This document shows, one piece after another, positions 1 through 12,429 of a stretch of 64,000 bases of DNA (position 1 is the stretch's first letter; the number at the start of each line of letters is the position of its first letter). The DNA is taken from positions 80,478,001-80,542,000 of the forward strand of contig NC_058368.1 in NCBI RefSeq assembly GCF_018350175.1, written 5' to 3'. The notes under the pieces were generated by a model, which was not told the DNA's origin, did not search any database, and worked only from the letters and a program-made list of their open reading frames with translations. The position numbers and the translations under genes were made by a program. This DNA comes from Felis catus (Eukaryota).

Positions 1-24
1 GAAGGAACGCGGGCTCCCTGATCC

Positions 25-330
25 TGGGCAGGCGCTTTCTCTAGAAATGGCTGGACGGTAAATACTGCAGGCTCCACAGGCCACACCCTTGCTCACAACC
101 ACTCAGGCCTGTCCTCGTGGCCTGAAAGCAGCCTCGAACAATATGTACACAGTAGAGCACGTCTACGTTCCAGTGAAATTTTGCTGATGGACATTAAAAT
201 GAGAATTTCATATAAATTTAACTTGTCACAGAATAATGGTTCTTCTCCTGATTTTTGTTCAACCATTTAAGAATGTAAAAATCATTCTTAGTTTACGGGC
301 CATACAAAAACCAGCAGCACAGTAGACCCG
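25..330 (-). mobile_element. MER58B-like hAT-Charlie DNA transposon remnant
   Basis: Reverse complement resembles the recalled MER58B consensus (aagaatgatttttacattcttaaatggttgaacaaaaatc...tatgaaattc). Confidence 0.7.
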
Positions 331-1824
331 CTGAGTTAACATCTGACCAGTGGATGGTACTACTAACTAGTCCCCTATTTTTATAAAACACGTCTGACCA
401 TGCGTTCGTTCCTCAAAGCTGTCTTTCCAGTAATTTTATGTACTATCCAAGCAAACAAAAAAACTTTTTTTAAAAAAGTTGCCAAATTGATTACACCACA
501 AAATGTTAAAGGGAAACTTTAAAAACATGTGAAAACCCAAGAGAGCATGTGGAAAGAAGTTAAGACCATCATTCCTACTCCAGATGTTCTGGTGTCTTGC
601 TATCAGGCAATATGCTTACTATGAAGGAGACGAAAACTGTCTCTGTAAGTCTGAATTCCACAACCATTTTTCATAGTTTCATAAAGAGGGAACTTTCACA
701 TGTCCTACAGAGGCTGGAACCCACATGGGGTTTCCATCAAAGACTAGAATAAATGATCACTAAATGGAAGAGTTCTCAAGGCCTGAAATTTTAACGAAAG
801 AGGCTCATGTCTTCAAATCCTTTCTTCATATATGCTTTCCCACTTGTTCAAGCATGTTTCAAGTTTGATGTTTTAAGAGTTGAAACAGTAATCCTGGTTA
901 AAATGTACCACCAATTCACCGAGCCTTTAAACCTCTGTGTTGCAAGGTCATGTAGGTACTCCACCTAAGCTCTCTCTGCTATGTTCCTGACTGTCAGTGC
1001 AAGCCAGGCATGGACCAGGACTGCATGCTGGCAGGTGGCTACTCTCACCTCCCAGTGCAGCACTGGGTCTGATCCCATGCTCTCTGAAAGCCAAGCCTTC
1101 CCCCTCTGGTCCACAGGTGTTCAGGCCACGTGGGGCTATATAGCCATGTGCACTGCTGACCCCCTAACAAGCTCAAGTGAGGCACTGATACAGATGTTAA
1201 TCAGAACTGCTGTCTACAGACGCTAGTCCAGAGGGAAAGTACCAATATCTGCAAAATTATTTAAATATACTCTCAAAAGCTGTATTCTGCATGAAAACTG
1301 GGGTGGTCCTGAAAGCACACGTTAACTGTTAGCCTCATCTTGAAAACAACACATACTCTCAGCATCTCCACGTTGATGCACTTGGGTGAACGTAGATGAC
1401 GTGTGACCTAAAATTCACCTCTGTCCACTTCTGCAGACAAGAACCCCTGTGGACATGCTGTAATGTCATTCTAAAAGCTCTCCATTCATCCTCTGATTCC
1501 AGTTGAAAAATCTCCGAAAACGGGCAGAGATTTGAAAAATGAGACATCAATCAACTTGATGCTCAAACTGGGTCAGTTTGTTGAACTTTCAAAGTTAATT
1601 TCCTTTTAAAAAGAGTGGACAGGACCGGATTTTTAGGCTGGTGAGACCAGTCTGCTAAAATTTCTTACGGCAGCCATGCCGACAGCGCCTGAACCTGCAG
1701 ATTCTGGTTCCTGTGACGCTCACCGTGACCGTGAAAAGCGATCTTTGAGCAGGCCACCAGTTTCCTCCCGGGGGGGGGGGGGGGCGGGGAGGGAGTCCTC
1801 GTACTCGTTTGAAATCGCAACACA

Positions 1825-2043
1825 GGGGCGCCTGGGTGGCTCAGTCGGTTAAACGTCTGACTTCGGCTCAGGTCATGATCTCACGGTCCGTGAGTTCGAG
1901 CCCCACGTCGGGCTCTGTGCTGACAGCTCAGAGCCTGGAGCCCGTTTCAGATTCTGTGTCTCCCTCTCTCTCTGACCCTCCCCTGTTCATGCTCTGTCTC
2001 TCTCTGTCTCAAAAATAAATAAACGTTAAAAAAAAATTTTTTT
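1825..2043 (+). mobile_element. Can-SINE (SINEC_Fc-like), full length
   Basis: ggggcgcctgggtggctcagtcggttaa head, (CT)n, AATAAA/A tail; TSD aaatcgcaacaca at 1812-1824 and 2044-2056. Confidence 0.95.
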
Positions 2044-2651
2044 AAATCGCAACACAGAAATACGAAAGACATCAAATCATCTTCACTGTGAATTATTTGT
2101 TCTGTTGAGTAACTGGCAAAATAAAATGCTATTTTTTTTTAAACTCTACTGAACTTAAGAGGTAAATGCTTGGAGACTGTATTTCCTGCAGTAAAGTTCT
2201 GAACGGAATATTAACACTTACTGTACTGAAGGATGTCTCCCCAAAGCATTTAAAAAAAAAACTCCACCCTGCTGCCAGCTGGTCCTCCGTCTATTTTCCA
2301 CTTACAGTGTCACACCATGGGAATGTACGAGAAGCCGTTCTAGCAACAACAGTTTTCGCTTTAATTTGAAAAACCACGGATCAGGAAATCATTGAAATAG
2401 AATTTTTAGAATCTGAGCTGTCACATCACCTTCAGGATGTTTTCTTTTTGTTAATGCCATGTGACAATACAAAAATAACCACAATTTTTATATAAATAGT
2501 ATTTCTGTTAAAATTCTGATCTCAACTTAACTATTGTTAGTTACAAATAAAAGGTAGGTATCATAAATTAGGGTAAGCAGAGCATGCAAATCTACAGAGT
2601 CTATGTCTGAGTTCCTAGATTAGCATGAAAACCAATCACCGCAACAAATAC

Positions 2652-2814
2652 CTCAACATATGCCTCGTGTGGAGAGAGGAGGCCACACTGAGCGCTCACT
2701 GCCACAACCGTAAGGTTTTCGGAGAGGCCCCTGTGGCAGTTTCAGTGGTTTCTATATGGAGTGCTCCCCCTTTCTAGGGTTACTTGAAAAATCAAGTCAA
2801 TTCGAATTACGTAG
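2652..2814 (-). other. ANKRD10: Candidate alternative PTC-containing cassette exon of ANKRD10 intron 3 with two acceptors (starts 2814 or 2782)
   Basis: Acceptors tgttttccag|(2814) and gatttttcaag|(2782); donor GAG|GTATTT after 2652; both forms put an in-frame stop after exon 3. Confidence 0.6.
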
Positions 2815-5800
2815 CTGGAAAACATTGACACGCGTAGTTTTTACAGATTCAGAACCTTCTTTGTGATTTAAAACGGGCAATGGTTCATAACACAGGAAAC
2901 TTAAAATATTTGCAGGCAACATTTGGATTAAAAATACATATACATACATGAGGTGCAGAAGCACATGTACTGAGCGTAAGCCACTGGCGTGTGACCACCT
3001 TGATTGACCAAGAGCTGCCGCTCCCCAGCACTGCCTCCTGAATTACCGCTAGTAAGTACTGTGTAGCATGGAGCCAATTTAAATATGCCAACAGTTCAGC
3101 AAAAGTTTAACAGTACGGACTAAAACCGTTAACTCACGATTCTGGTTACTTTAAAATTTGGTATGCTGTATCTCAAATACATTAGTAACTATTCCTAGAT
3201 GGAAATAAGCAAATACATGGAATCGTTAAAAAAAAAAAAAAAAAAAAGATAAAAAAAGCATCACTAAATGTCCATTTGTACAGACAACATTAGCAAACAT
3301 CTAAAATTTCTTCAGCAAAAGAAAAACATGTGTATTTTTAACCCTTTGGTATCCAAACTCTTAAATTTTGAAGACTTTCTTAAATACAGTCTTCAAGTAA
3401 CAATAGGAAGAAACTTTTTTAAAGTATTTACCTGAATAAATTTGGTGCCAAGTTTTCATTTCAAGGTCAATATTACTGAGGATAGTTTTATACTGCAACT
3501 GAATCCCAATTATGTTTCCATACATTAAAGGATGAGAGCATCATTCAAAGAGTCAGATAAAATTAACTTAATATGCTCCCACTATAATTTAGCAAAGGAA
3601 AAAGATCTTTGGCTATAGAAATCATCGGTTATTTGAAAGCACTATTTATAAAGGCAGTAATTACACAATTACCAAAATCTAGGTGCTAGTCAAGGTATTA
3701 TGAGATTAATCAAACTTCTAAACTAAGTCTGTCGACAACTCTACAATACTGTCAGTCCACCTCTGCTCCCGTCTGGCAGGAGCCATCTCAGGAAGGATTT
3801 CATCCACGGTGTCTGTAGCACCTCAGCAAAAGGGGAAAGAGCCAGCAGAGAGCAAGATCAGACCAGTTGACCGCAGGGACAATGAGCTAGGGGAGGCAAG
3901 AGCAGGAGGGGAGCAGGACTGGAATGCAGAGGATACAAAATTAGAAACTAATTCAGAGTTCCAATTCCGGTAAATTTCATAGACTGTTATTCTTAAGGGC
4001 AAATAAGTGAACAAATGAAAAGAAACCACAAATTTCAAACATGAATGAATGGCTAATAAAATAATTCTGGGCAAGAGTTGCAAACAAACTTGCCACAAGG
4101 AACATCCAATCTGCTCATCACACGTAAATGCCCTAAGGGGAATTCTGCTTCCAGACAGGGCTCTACAGGCAAGGCCGCAGGCTGGGTCACATAGATATGA
4201 CCACCACTTTGGAGCCAAACTAAACCAACTGAATTTCAGTTAAGGACGTCTGGAAGTTCGGTAGTATGTATACAGTTTTTGTAACATTAAACAAAAACCT
4301 ATCAAGACCACAGTGCAGACTTTTGTTCCTACAGCCGACTGTGCCTGTTTTCTAAATTAGGCAAGAGAGATTTTTTTAGAGTGAGTCACTGAACTTGCTT
4401 ACATAAGGCTATTGGTGCTTCTCCAGTTATCTGATGACCACAGTTAAGTTCCTCTTGGGATCAAAACAATTAAGTTAAAATATATGTAGCCCATTAGAAG
4501 GTCTGGTCACCATGGAATCAGTGGCCTCCCCGGAAACGCTCTCTTATCTGAAGCCACGGAGACCCTGCCATGACCTAATTACACACTAGTGCCCGTATGT
4601 CACGGCATGGAAAGGACCAGCAAATGTGTCTGAGACCCAAGCACATCTAGATGCACTCAAAGTCCCGCAGAGTCCCTTCAGGTCTACTCAGAGGCAGGAA
4701 AAAAGCTATCTCAATATGTGGTTGACACGGAAAGGTTTTCCACTTTACCTCTCAAGAAAACACTGGTGCCAAAATACTGAAAGTAAAGATAATCCAAGGC
4801 TTGAAATGTCAGTTTACAACGTCAGCAGTAAGAAGGTGTCCTTAATTATCCGCAGGCAGTTGGCAAGTTTTCAAGTCTGTCTCCAAAATCACATGAAGAC
4901 TTAATCTTATACTATTACTTATTCGAGTGTCGAAAAGAAAAATGGGGCAGTGACTGTTCACATGCCCTCCATGTGGGCAGCGTTCAGGTTTGGCCTGCAA
5001 GACAAAGTCAACTGTCAGGTAAGCAAGGCTGGGGACAGGGACAAGTAACTGACGTATGGACACCCCACACCTGACATACTGGAGGAGGATGGGGCTGAGG
5101 ACAATCTGCAGAGATGCTGGTAATTTAAAGTCCACACACACGCAGTGTGCTCACAGAACTGCCACTTACTCCCGAGTTATTTTTCTTTTTGGATGTAAAC
5201 AGTGGTAAATAACAATGACCATCATCTAAGCCAGATAACAAAACCTCACGAGAAAAAGAAAACTTGGCACCAAAACTCAAGATGTAAAATAAGAGAAGGA
5301 AAAAAACAAAACTCCATCAACATACTCACGTGTGGTGCTAGAAAATGTAACACACGATGCACAGCAGCTGACATGCGTTATCTTACAGATGCGGCCTATA
5401 TTGACAAGTAAGTTATAGAACAAACCATTCTAGCCACAGACGCCTGGTACGCTTGCCCTCACCATTATCTACCCAATGACCAAAAAAGCAGCAACTTAAG
5501 ACTTTGGCCACTTTATGCAGCTGATACATAAAAAAAAAAAAAAAAGTAGGAATTAATAACAAAATTAATAATTACCACCAAGTGTGACAAAATACTGACA
5601 TGAGACAGCTTTTAATCTATTCGCAGGAAAAGGAAAAGTTTATATCATCTCCTAAATATCATAGCATGTAGTATGAAGAATTAAGAATCTGGCCCATTCT
5701 GAACTGGAAAAAACATAAGTAACTTTAGGTAAGTAAATTAATACTGTCCCCCGTGATTGTCTTTAAAAAAACCAAACAAACAAAAGGCATTTTATTTGCC

Positions 5801-7977
5801 ACGACTACTCTTTTACCATGAGGAGCATTATAGGAAACAAGTAAAATAGATCTAAGTACCATAATTTGGGGGACACAAACTGTTATTTGTTGGTAGGCTG
5901 TGTTAAACTTTATAGTTTAATGTGCAAAACAGATATCAAAAAGCAATTTACAAATTAGCTTACTAGCAAAACTGGCAATTTATCCAGATGTTAAACTAAA
6001 TAACCACATAAACAACAGCAATAAATAATGATTACTTGTGTGCTCTGTCTCCAGGCCAAAGACTTAGAATTTTAAGAATCGCTTTTGGCTAGGTGGCTCA
6101 GGCTAAATATTTCTTCTAAAAACCATCTGAAGGTTCAGGCAAGGGAGATCACCATAATGCAGGGTCTCGAGGGAGAGGCTCTTATACTGAGAAGGAAAAA
6201 CAGACTGGCACTCGAGGCTGTGCTCAGTCACACTTGGTGGAAAAGAGACACTCGAGGGTCCTGTAACCAAGGACAGAATTATAAATAAAAGGTTCTCATT
6301 TTAAAAAGACACCTATTAAAAAAAAGATATTATTTACGATAAATATTTATTGGCTCAAAGGATTAAGCTATTCACTGAAATGAAGAAAACTAACATCTTA
6401 GTAATAAAATGTTCAGGATCGATTAGACTATAGTTTAGAAAAATAAGTCGTTAAAGAGGTCAACTTCTAATTATTCATTATTTCAATAAATGACAAGTGA
6501 TTTAATCATTTATTTTATGACTCTGTATTTCATAATCAAAGCTTCTGTTATTAAAGATTTTAGTTTTCAATCTAAACACAGCTAAGAAAACTACGAATAT
6601 AACTTCACTGTGAAGCAATCCACTGAGCATCGTCTCAAATTGTATAATATATATTCATATTATCAATTGTTTCTACATTACCTTAAATCATAATTACATA
6701 TGAAGTCACGAGGTTCCCTGCAACGTAACAGTTAACACAGGGCATATTTATCATACTAAATTTCTATGTAAGTAAAAATTCCAAGCCCAAACTAATGACT
6801 TGGCTTAATAATATAATACTTAATGAAACAGAAGCTCAGACACTAGGAGTCTAACGACAGCCCCTGAGATTACAGCCTATAATAGGCTTCGCATTAATCT
6901 ATATGGTTTTGCTGTCCAGGATCTAATTTCAATAAATGTATTATAACACAGAGTCAAAACAATGAAGTGGAAACCAAAGGGTTAAACTAAGTTAGTTTTG
7001 TGGGTTTATTTCTCCCAAAGTCTAAATTTTCACATTTCCAATTAGAATAAAGTGGTTTGTAATTAATTCTTATGAGATATTCTAGACAGGGTAAAACAAA
7101 AAAGCTGATATTATAGTTATTTTGGTTATTACAGCTCTATAGCTTACACTCAACATTTAAGGGTGAAAACCGCATCCATTTTGTTAATGCTGTGAACTGC
7201 AGAAGAAAAATTTTTACAATATAAATCTTTTAAGAGAAAGTTAATACAAATGAATTTAATATCTAAACTAAATGCCCACTGCCATGACTAGCTAATGATG
7301 TTTGCATATAAGATCACATCTTCAAATTAATACACTCAAATATTAACACTGTTCTATCAAACCATAAATAAACTAGCTGATGTAAACTGGGAGAAAACAC
7401 GACTGCAATAATGTCATCAGTGTGAAGAACTCAGAATGAGTCTCAAGTCTTTAATGTATATGGTTCCATTTTATGAGAAGTTATAAATCATTAAAAGTCA
7501 AAATAGGCTTTAAAACATCTCACATCTGCTAAAAGAGGAGAAAATCACAACTTAGAAAAGCAAACTGTCTGCAAGAATTTTGGGACCGGAGAGGCTGGAA
7601 AAGATTCTCTAACCCAATCCAAGGCCCCCATTTTGAAATTAACACTGGCAAAAAGAAGTCTGAAGACTTGCCCATGGTGACACAACTAGTTGGTGGCCAA
7701 GTCAACAATGCCAGGTTCCAAATTTAAGGAGTTAACTGCCATTTCCACCCTGGCATCCTGTCGTGGCAACAGTTCTGCAGCTGCTGTGATGAAGCTCCCT
7801 CTGCTAGTCGTCAACCCGCAGCGAAACCTCGCTCACTAACACCAACTGGTCTACAAAGCACAGTTCTATTGCTAATATAAACACAAACTTGAGGACTGCT
7901 GCTTGCCCTCAGTGGTGCTTTCTGGAAGCACAGCGCCCTGACTACATCTTCGGGGGAGGAATGTGCGGAGGCACTTA

Positions 7978-8142
<165 letters not shown>

Positions 8143-10150
8143 TCATTCACCTCTGAAACCAAGCAACATGGTGAGTCAAAGCGCAAGCAGGGCACAAAGA
8201 AATGTGGCTAGAGATGTGGGAGGGATAACACAGTCCGCCAGGGAAGGAGCAGGTTTGCCTTGATTCCTCGGTCAGCAGGGACGGCACGTACAAGCAGGAC
8301 AGAAGTTTAGAAATGATCTTATGCTAGATCTTAGCACAAATGTGTCGTATGTAACCCCAAACAACCATCCTCTAACAGGTTAAAGAGAAAAGAGCAACCT
8401 AGGCCAAGAACACAGGACATAATGTCAAACGTCTGGTCTGGTCCACGTCTACCACAGGGCTGGCCTGAGCTGGGGCATCACCAGTGGCTCCTTTGCATTT
8501 TCTGCCTTGAACTTGATTTCAGACCGTGATGGCGGAGGCTAAAGGGTCAGGAATGAGAAGAGAGAGAGAACACAGGGCCGCACACAGCCAGCTTCACATC
8601 CAAACTCAGGATGCGTGTGATGGGCAACTTTGTCCAAGGACTGGGAGAAAGTCTGTGTCAGAGAGATTCACGCCGGAGACGGCAGAGAGACCAGACCCTG
8701 GGGAAGGACTCTGAGGAGGAGTTAGTTCATAGTTCACGCTGTATGAATGGGAAGAAATCCGAAACACAATTTCATTCATAGGTTCTCGGGTACAGAGGAG
8801 GTAGAGAAAGATATAGCAGACAGAGAAGGAAGTCGTTTCTGTTGTAGGATTTCCTGGCGGGGAAATGCTGACCGAGTCCTCATACTTCACCGTCCCTGGA
8901 AGCTGAACTTGGCAGCAGACGACCGCACGTAACAAAGGGGGGGCCGCTGTGCACCTGGCGTGGCGCTCGGAGAGCAGCTCATTCACCAGCGAGACACAGC
9001 AGGGGGCCACTTCTTCCGGTGCACACGGGCTTGCACATGGGCTCGCAGGGGACACTCCAGGGTGCGGGGCGGTAGCTTATTTTCCAGAAAGATGTGCTCT
9101 GAAAGACTCCGGTGTGCAGTGGGGAGAAAAAGTATGCACATTACTTTAAAAAAGAAAAAAAAAGCTCAAAGGGGGTGTAGAGATCTAAACAGAACAAGCC
9201 CATTTTTGAAGCAAAAAACACAGAATCTCATGTGGCTACACAGGAAACCATCTAGTGAATGGAGACCCTTAATAAAGCAGAAACCCATCTCTATCCTCCC
9301 AGAAAGGTGGGAAGGGGGGATGGGAGGCACATGACAAGGACAAATAAGGATGACACAGAGGTATGGCCAGGAAGAGTGGAATGGAGATGTGGGAGGGGGC
9401 GGGGGGGTCGTGCCACCCGACTCCCTCCCCCAAGAAAACAGGAAAGGGTTTTTTCAGCTCTCTTTGCAGCAAGGAGAAAAGGCAAAGGTTTGCTCTATTA
9501 CTTCAAGACGGCAGGACAGCAACAGACAGGACAGAGCAAACCAGCTCCTGCTCTGTGCCCTGCGAGGACAGCACCGTCCAGCCGGGCAGGAAGAGCAGAC
9601 ACCACAGAGAAGTGCAGCCAGAGAGGAAGACTGAAGAGCCATTTTAAGGCTACTCAAGGCTCAGGTTCAGGCCAGTCACATTCCAAAAATATCAAATATG
9701 GTGTCGTCTGATTCCGGAACTATTGTGGGCAAACTGAGTAAGAGAGGAAAGTGGGAGAGGTGCCAGGAGTGCAAAGACAGATGAGTCACCTTGCATTTTA
9801 AAGAAAGAAAAGTCTAGTTCTAATCCAGTTACAAGAAACTAAAAGGGGTATCAAATTCCACCAAAGTTCTAGGAAGATATTAAAGGCATGGCCTGTAAAT
9901 AATACAAAAAGTGATGCCCGTGGGTAGTCCACACAAAAGTGACCAAGAACAAATCCCCTGAAAACTTGCCTCACTCCCTCTCTGGGTAAATGCACGACTC
10001 TGAGCCTTCAGACAGGACATCTGAGTCCAGTAACCCCGTGTGCCAAGTTCACAGATAGCAAAGGAAGTCTCTGTGAAACTCGAGAAAAATGAATTTAGAA
10101 CAGGTAGGAACTAATATGCCACAAGATTAGGTTAGAAGATGAGTCAAAAC

Positions 10151-10333
10151 GGGGGCATCCAATTTTGGCCTAGGTCACGATCTCGAGGTTTGTGGGTTTG
10201 AGCCCGACGTCAGGCTCTGTGCAAACAGCTCAGAACCTGGAGCCTGTTCCACACTGTCTGTCTGTCTGTCTCTCTCTCTCTGCCCCTCCCCTGCTCATGC
10301 TCTAAGATAAACATTAAAAAAGAAAAAAAAAAA
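10151..10333 (+). mobile_element. Can-SINE, diverged, 5' deletion
   Basis: SINE body, CT tract and A tail; TSD aagatgagtcaaaac / aagatgggtcaaaac. Confidence 0.85.
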
Positions 10334-12216
10334 AAGATGGGTCAAAACTAATAAAACAGTTGTAAGAAGAAATGTTAGGGGAGGTTCAAATCCACTACAC
10401 ACACAAACAGAAAACTTTAGAGAACCCTGAACCTGATTTTCTGACCGTCTGTGTGGGAGATGAGAAAGTGTCTACCTTAGGGTGAGTCAACACTTGCTGG
10501 GGGTGGCTAACGAAAGGGCTGTGTGACCTCAGAGGTCGCTGGGTGCCTGTCCCAGCAGGCCAGCCGCTAATCCAGAGCAAGCCGGCATCTGAGACTCAGC
10601 CCGCAGCCTAACACATGCGTAACACAGGAGACCACAACTGAGACCCTTTCAAGAACAAGGGCAGGATGCTGGTAACCCCAGGTGACCACCTCGGAAGGGA
10701 GAGGACTTGAGGGGAGCGACAGGGAGTGAGGTCTGGGGACTCCTGTCCTGGGAGCAGGACGCCGGAGGGTGTCCACACAGGACTATCTAGAGCAGTCCTG
10801 TCGTCCAGGGTAAGGACTGCGCTGCTGTAACACGTTACCTGAAAACGGACTCTTCTAGATTTAAAAAGATCTGAAAGGCAGCGCCAATTTCTTTAGATTT
10901 TCTTCAGAACTCTGTAAATTAGATGCTATGTCACAACTGAATGAAAATTAACCCAATGTTTTAAATTCCACATTAACATTAGTTATTAATCACTACCATT
11001 TGTGGATGATCCACATTCTGTCGACAAGGAGACTGAGCCACAGAACAAGGAGCTGCCCCAGGCCATAGAGTGGGGGAGGTGGCCACCCCCAGGGTTCTGC
11101 CAGGAGGCTGGGGAGGAGAGAAACAGCACCGGGACAGGCAGGTTGGGACAGGCGACTCCTGGCGCCATAACCGTGTGGAGCAGACAGCCAGAGCCTCTGG
11201 TAAGAGCAGCGGCATGTGCGGTCACCCCCTGTCCCCCGATCCCTGCTCTACAGCACCGATACAAAAGCCTTTCCTCAATCATGGGCTTGGAGGTGTGCAG
11301 CTGAGTTACTGGGAAGAGAGGGCTCACAAGCTGTTCCACCTGCTTCTCATCAAGGGATGAATCTTCAGACAGAAACGTGGAGAAGAAATAAAAATGGTTT
11401 TGCACACAGTAGGCCCCTGATGATGATTAGTAGAAAAAACATATAAAACCAGGGTAAAGAGAAAACTAGGAAGGCATAAAGGCATCCCCACAGAGCCTGA
11501 GGCACAAGCCCCTTAGATGAACTGACCCTCAGGGCAGGGTCTCCCCCTGGGGACCACTTTGGTCAGACTAGCCTGAGTCGTCTACACCTGTTCACGCACG
11601 AGTCCCCAGTAAGCAAAACTCTTGAGGTTTTTTCAAGGAAGTGAAAGGAGTAGTGAGAACACAACATGAAGTACACGCACGTGCACACTCATGCTTGCAC
11701 ACTTCAACACACAATCCCTGCACGCCTGCTGTCCGGGTGACCACACGACACCTGCTACTTAACTGCGTCCGATCTCCACCCCCGACTGCTCCCTGAAGCA
11801 GTCCTGACTCAACGCTGGTCGGCTGGCTCACCATAACTTAACCACGCACAAGATTTAATAGCCACTTCTTCGCCAGCACGGGTGTGTTTCACAAGGATCT
11901 GTGCACATGAAGCGAAGGCAGCTGTGAGCAGGGGAGCCAGGAAACCCGGGCTCCAGGCCAGACTCCTTCAGTCACCAGCTGTAACTGGGGGCAAATCACC
12001 TGGGGTCACCAAGGCTCTAAGTCCCCGAGCAGGTGAAAGCACTCTGTAAACAGAAAGCCTTGCTCTGTGAAGGGCCTATTATCCACAAGTAACTCAATAA
12101 ACAGAAATTCCAGTTAGCCCAAAGGTTAAGATATCAAACTCTAATTAAGGCCTCACTTTAAAACTCAACACCATGTAATTACAAGTAGAAAAAGAAAATA
12201 AAAACCAAGTTAATCA

Positions 12217-12429
<213 letters not shown>

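Noticed and set aside
1769..1795. Long G runs (also the C run at about 12935-12952 and the G run at about 44767-44780)
   Set aside because: Simple homopolymers; G4-capable but with no further evidence, and their lengths are prone to sequencing error.
3950..4125. Possible intronic C/D snoRNA (GTGATGA on the minus strand near 4115-4121)
   Set aside because: No suitably spaced D box with a terminal stem.
11122..11140. RE1/REST-like CAGCACCGGGACAG
   Set aside because: Half-site spacing is 1 nt rather than the canonical 2, and the flanks do not match.
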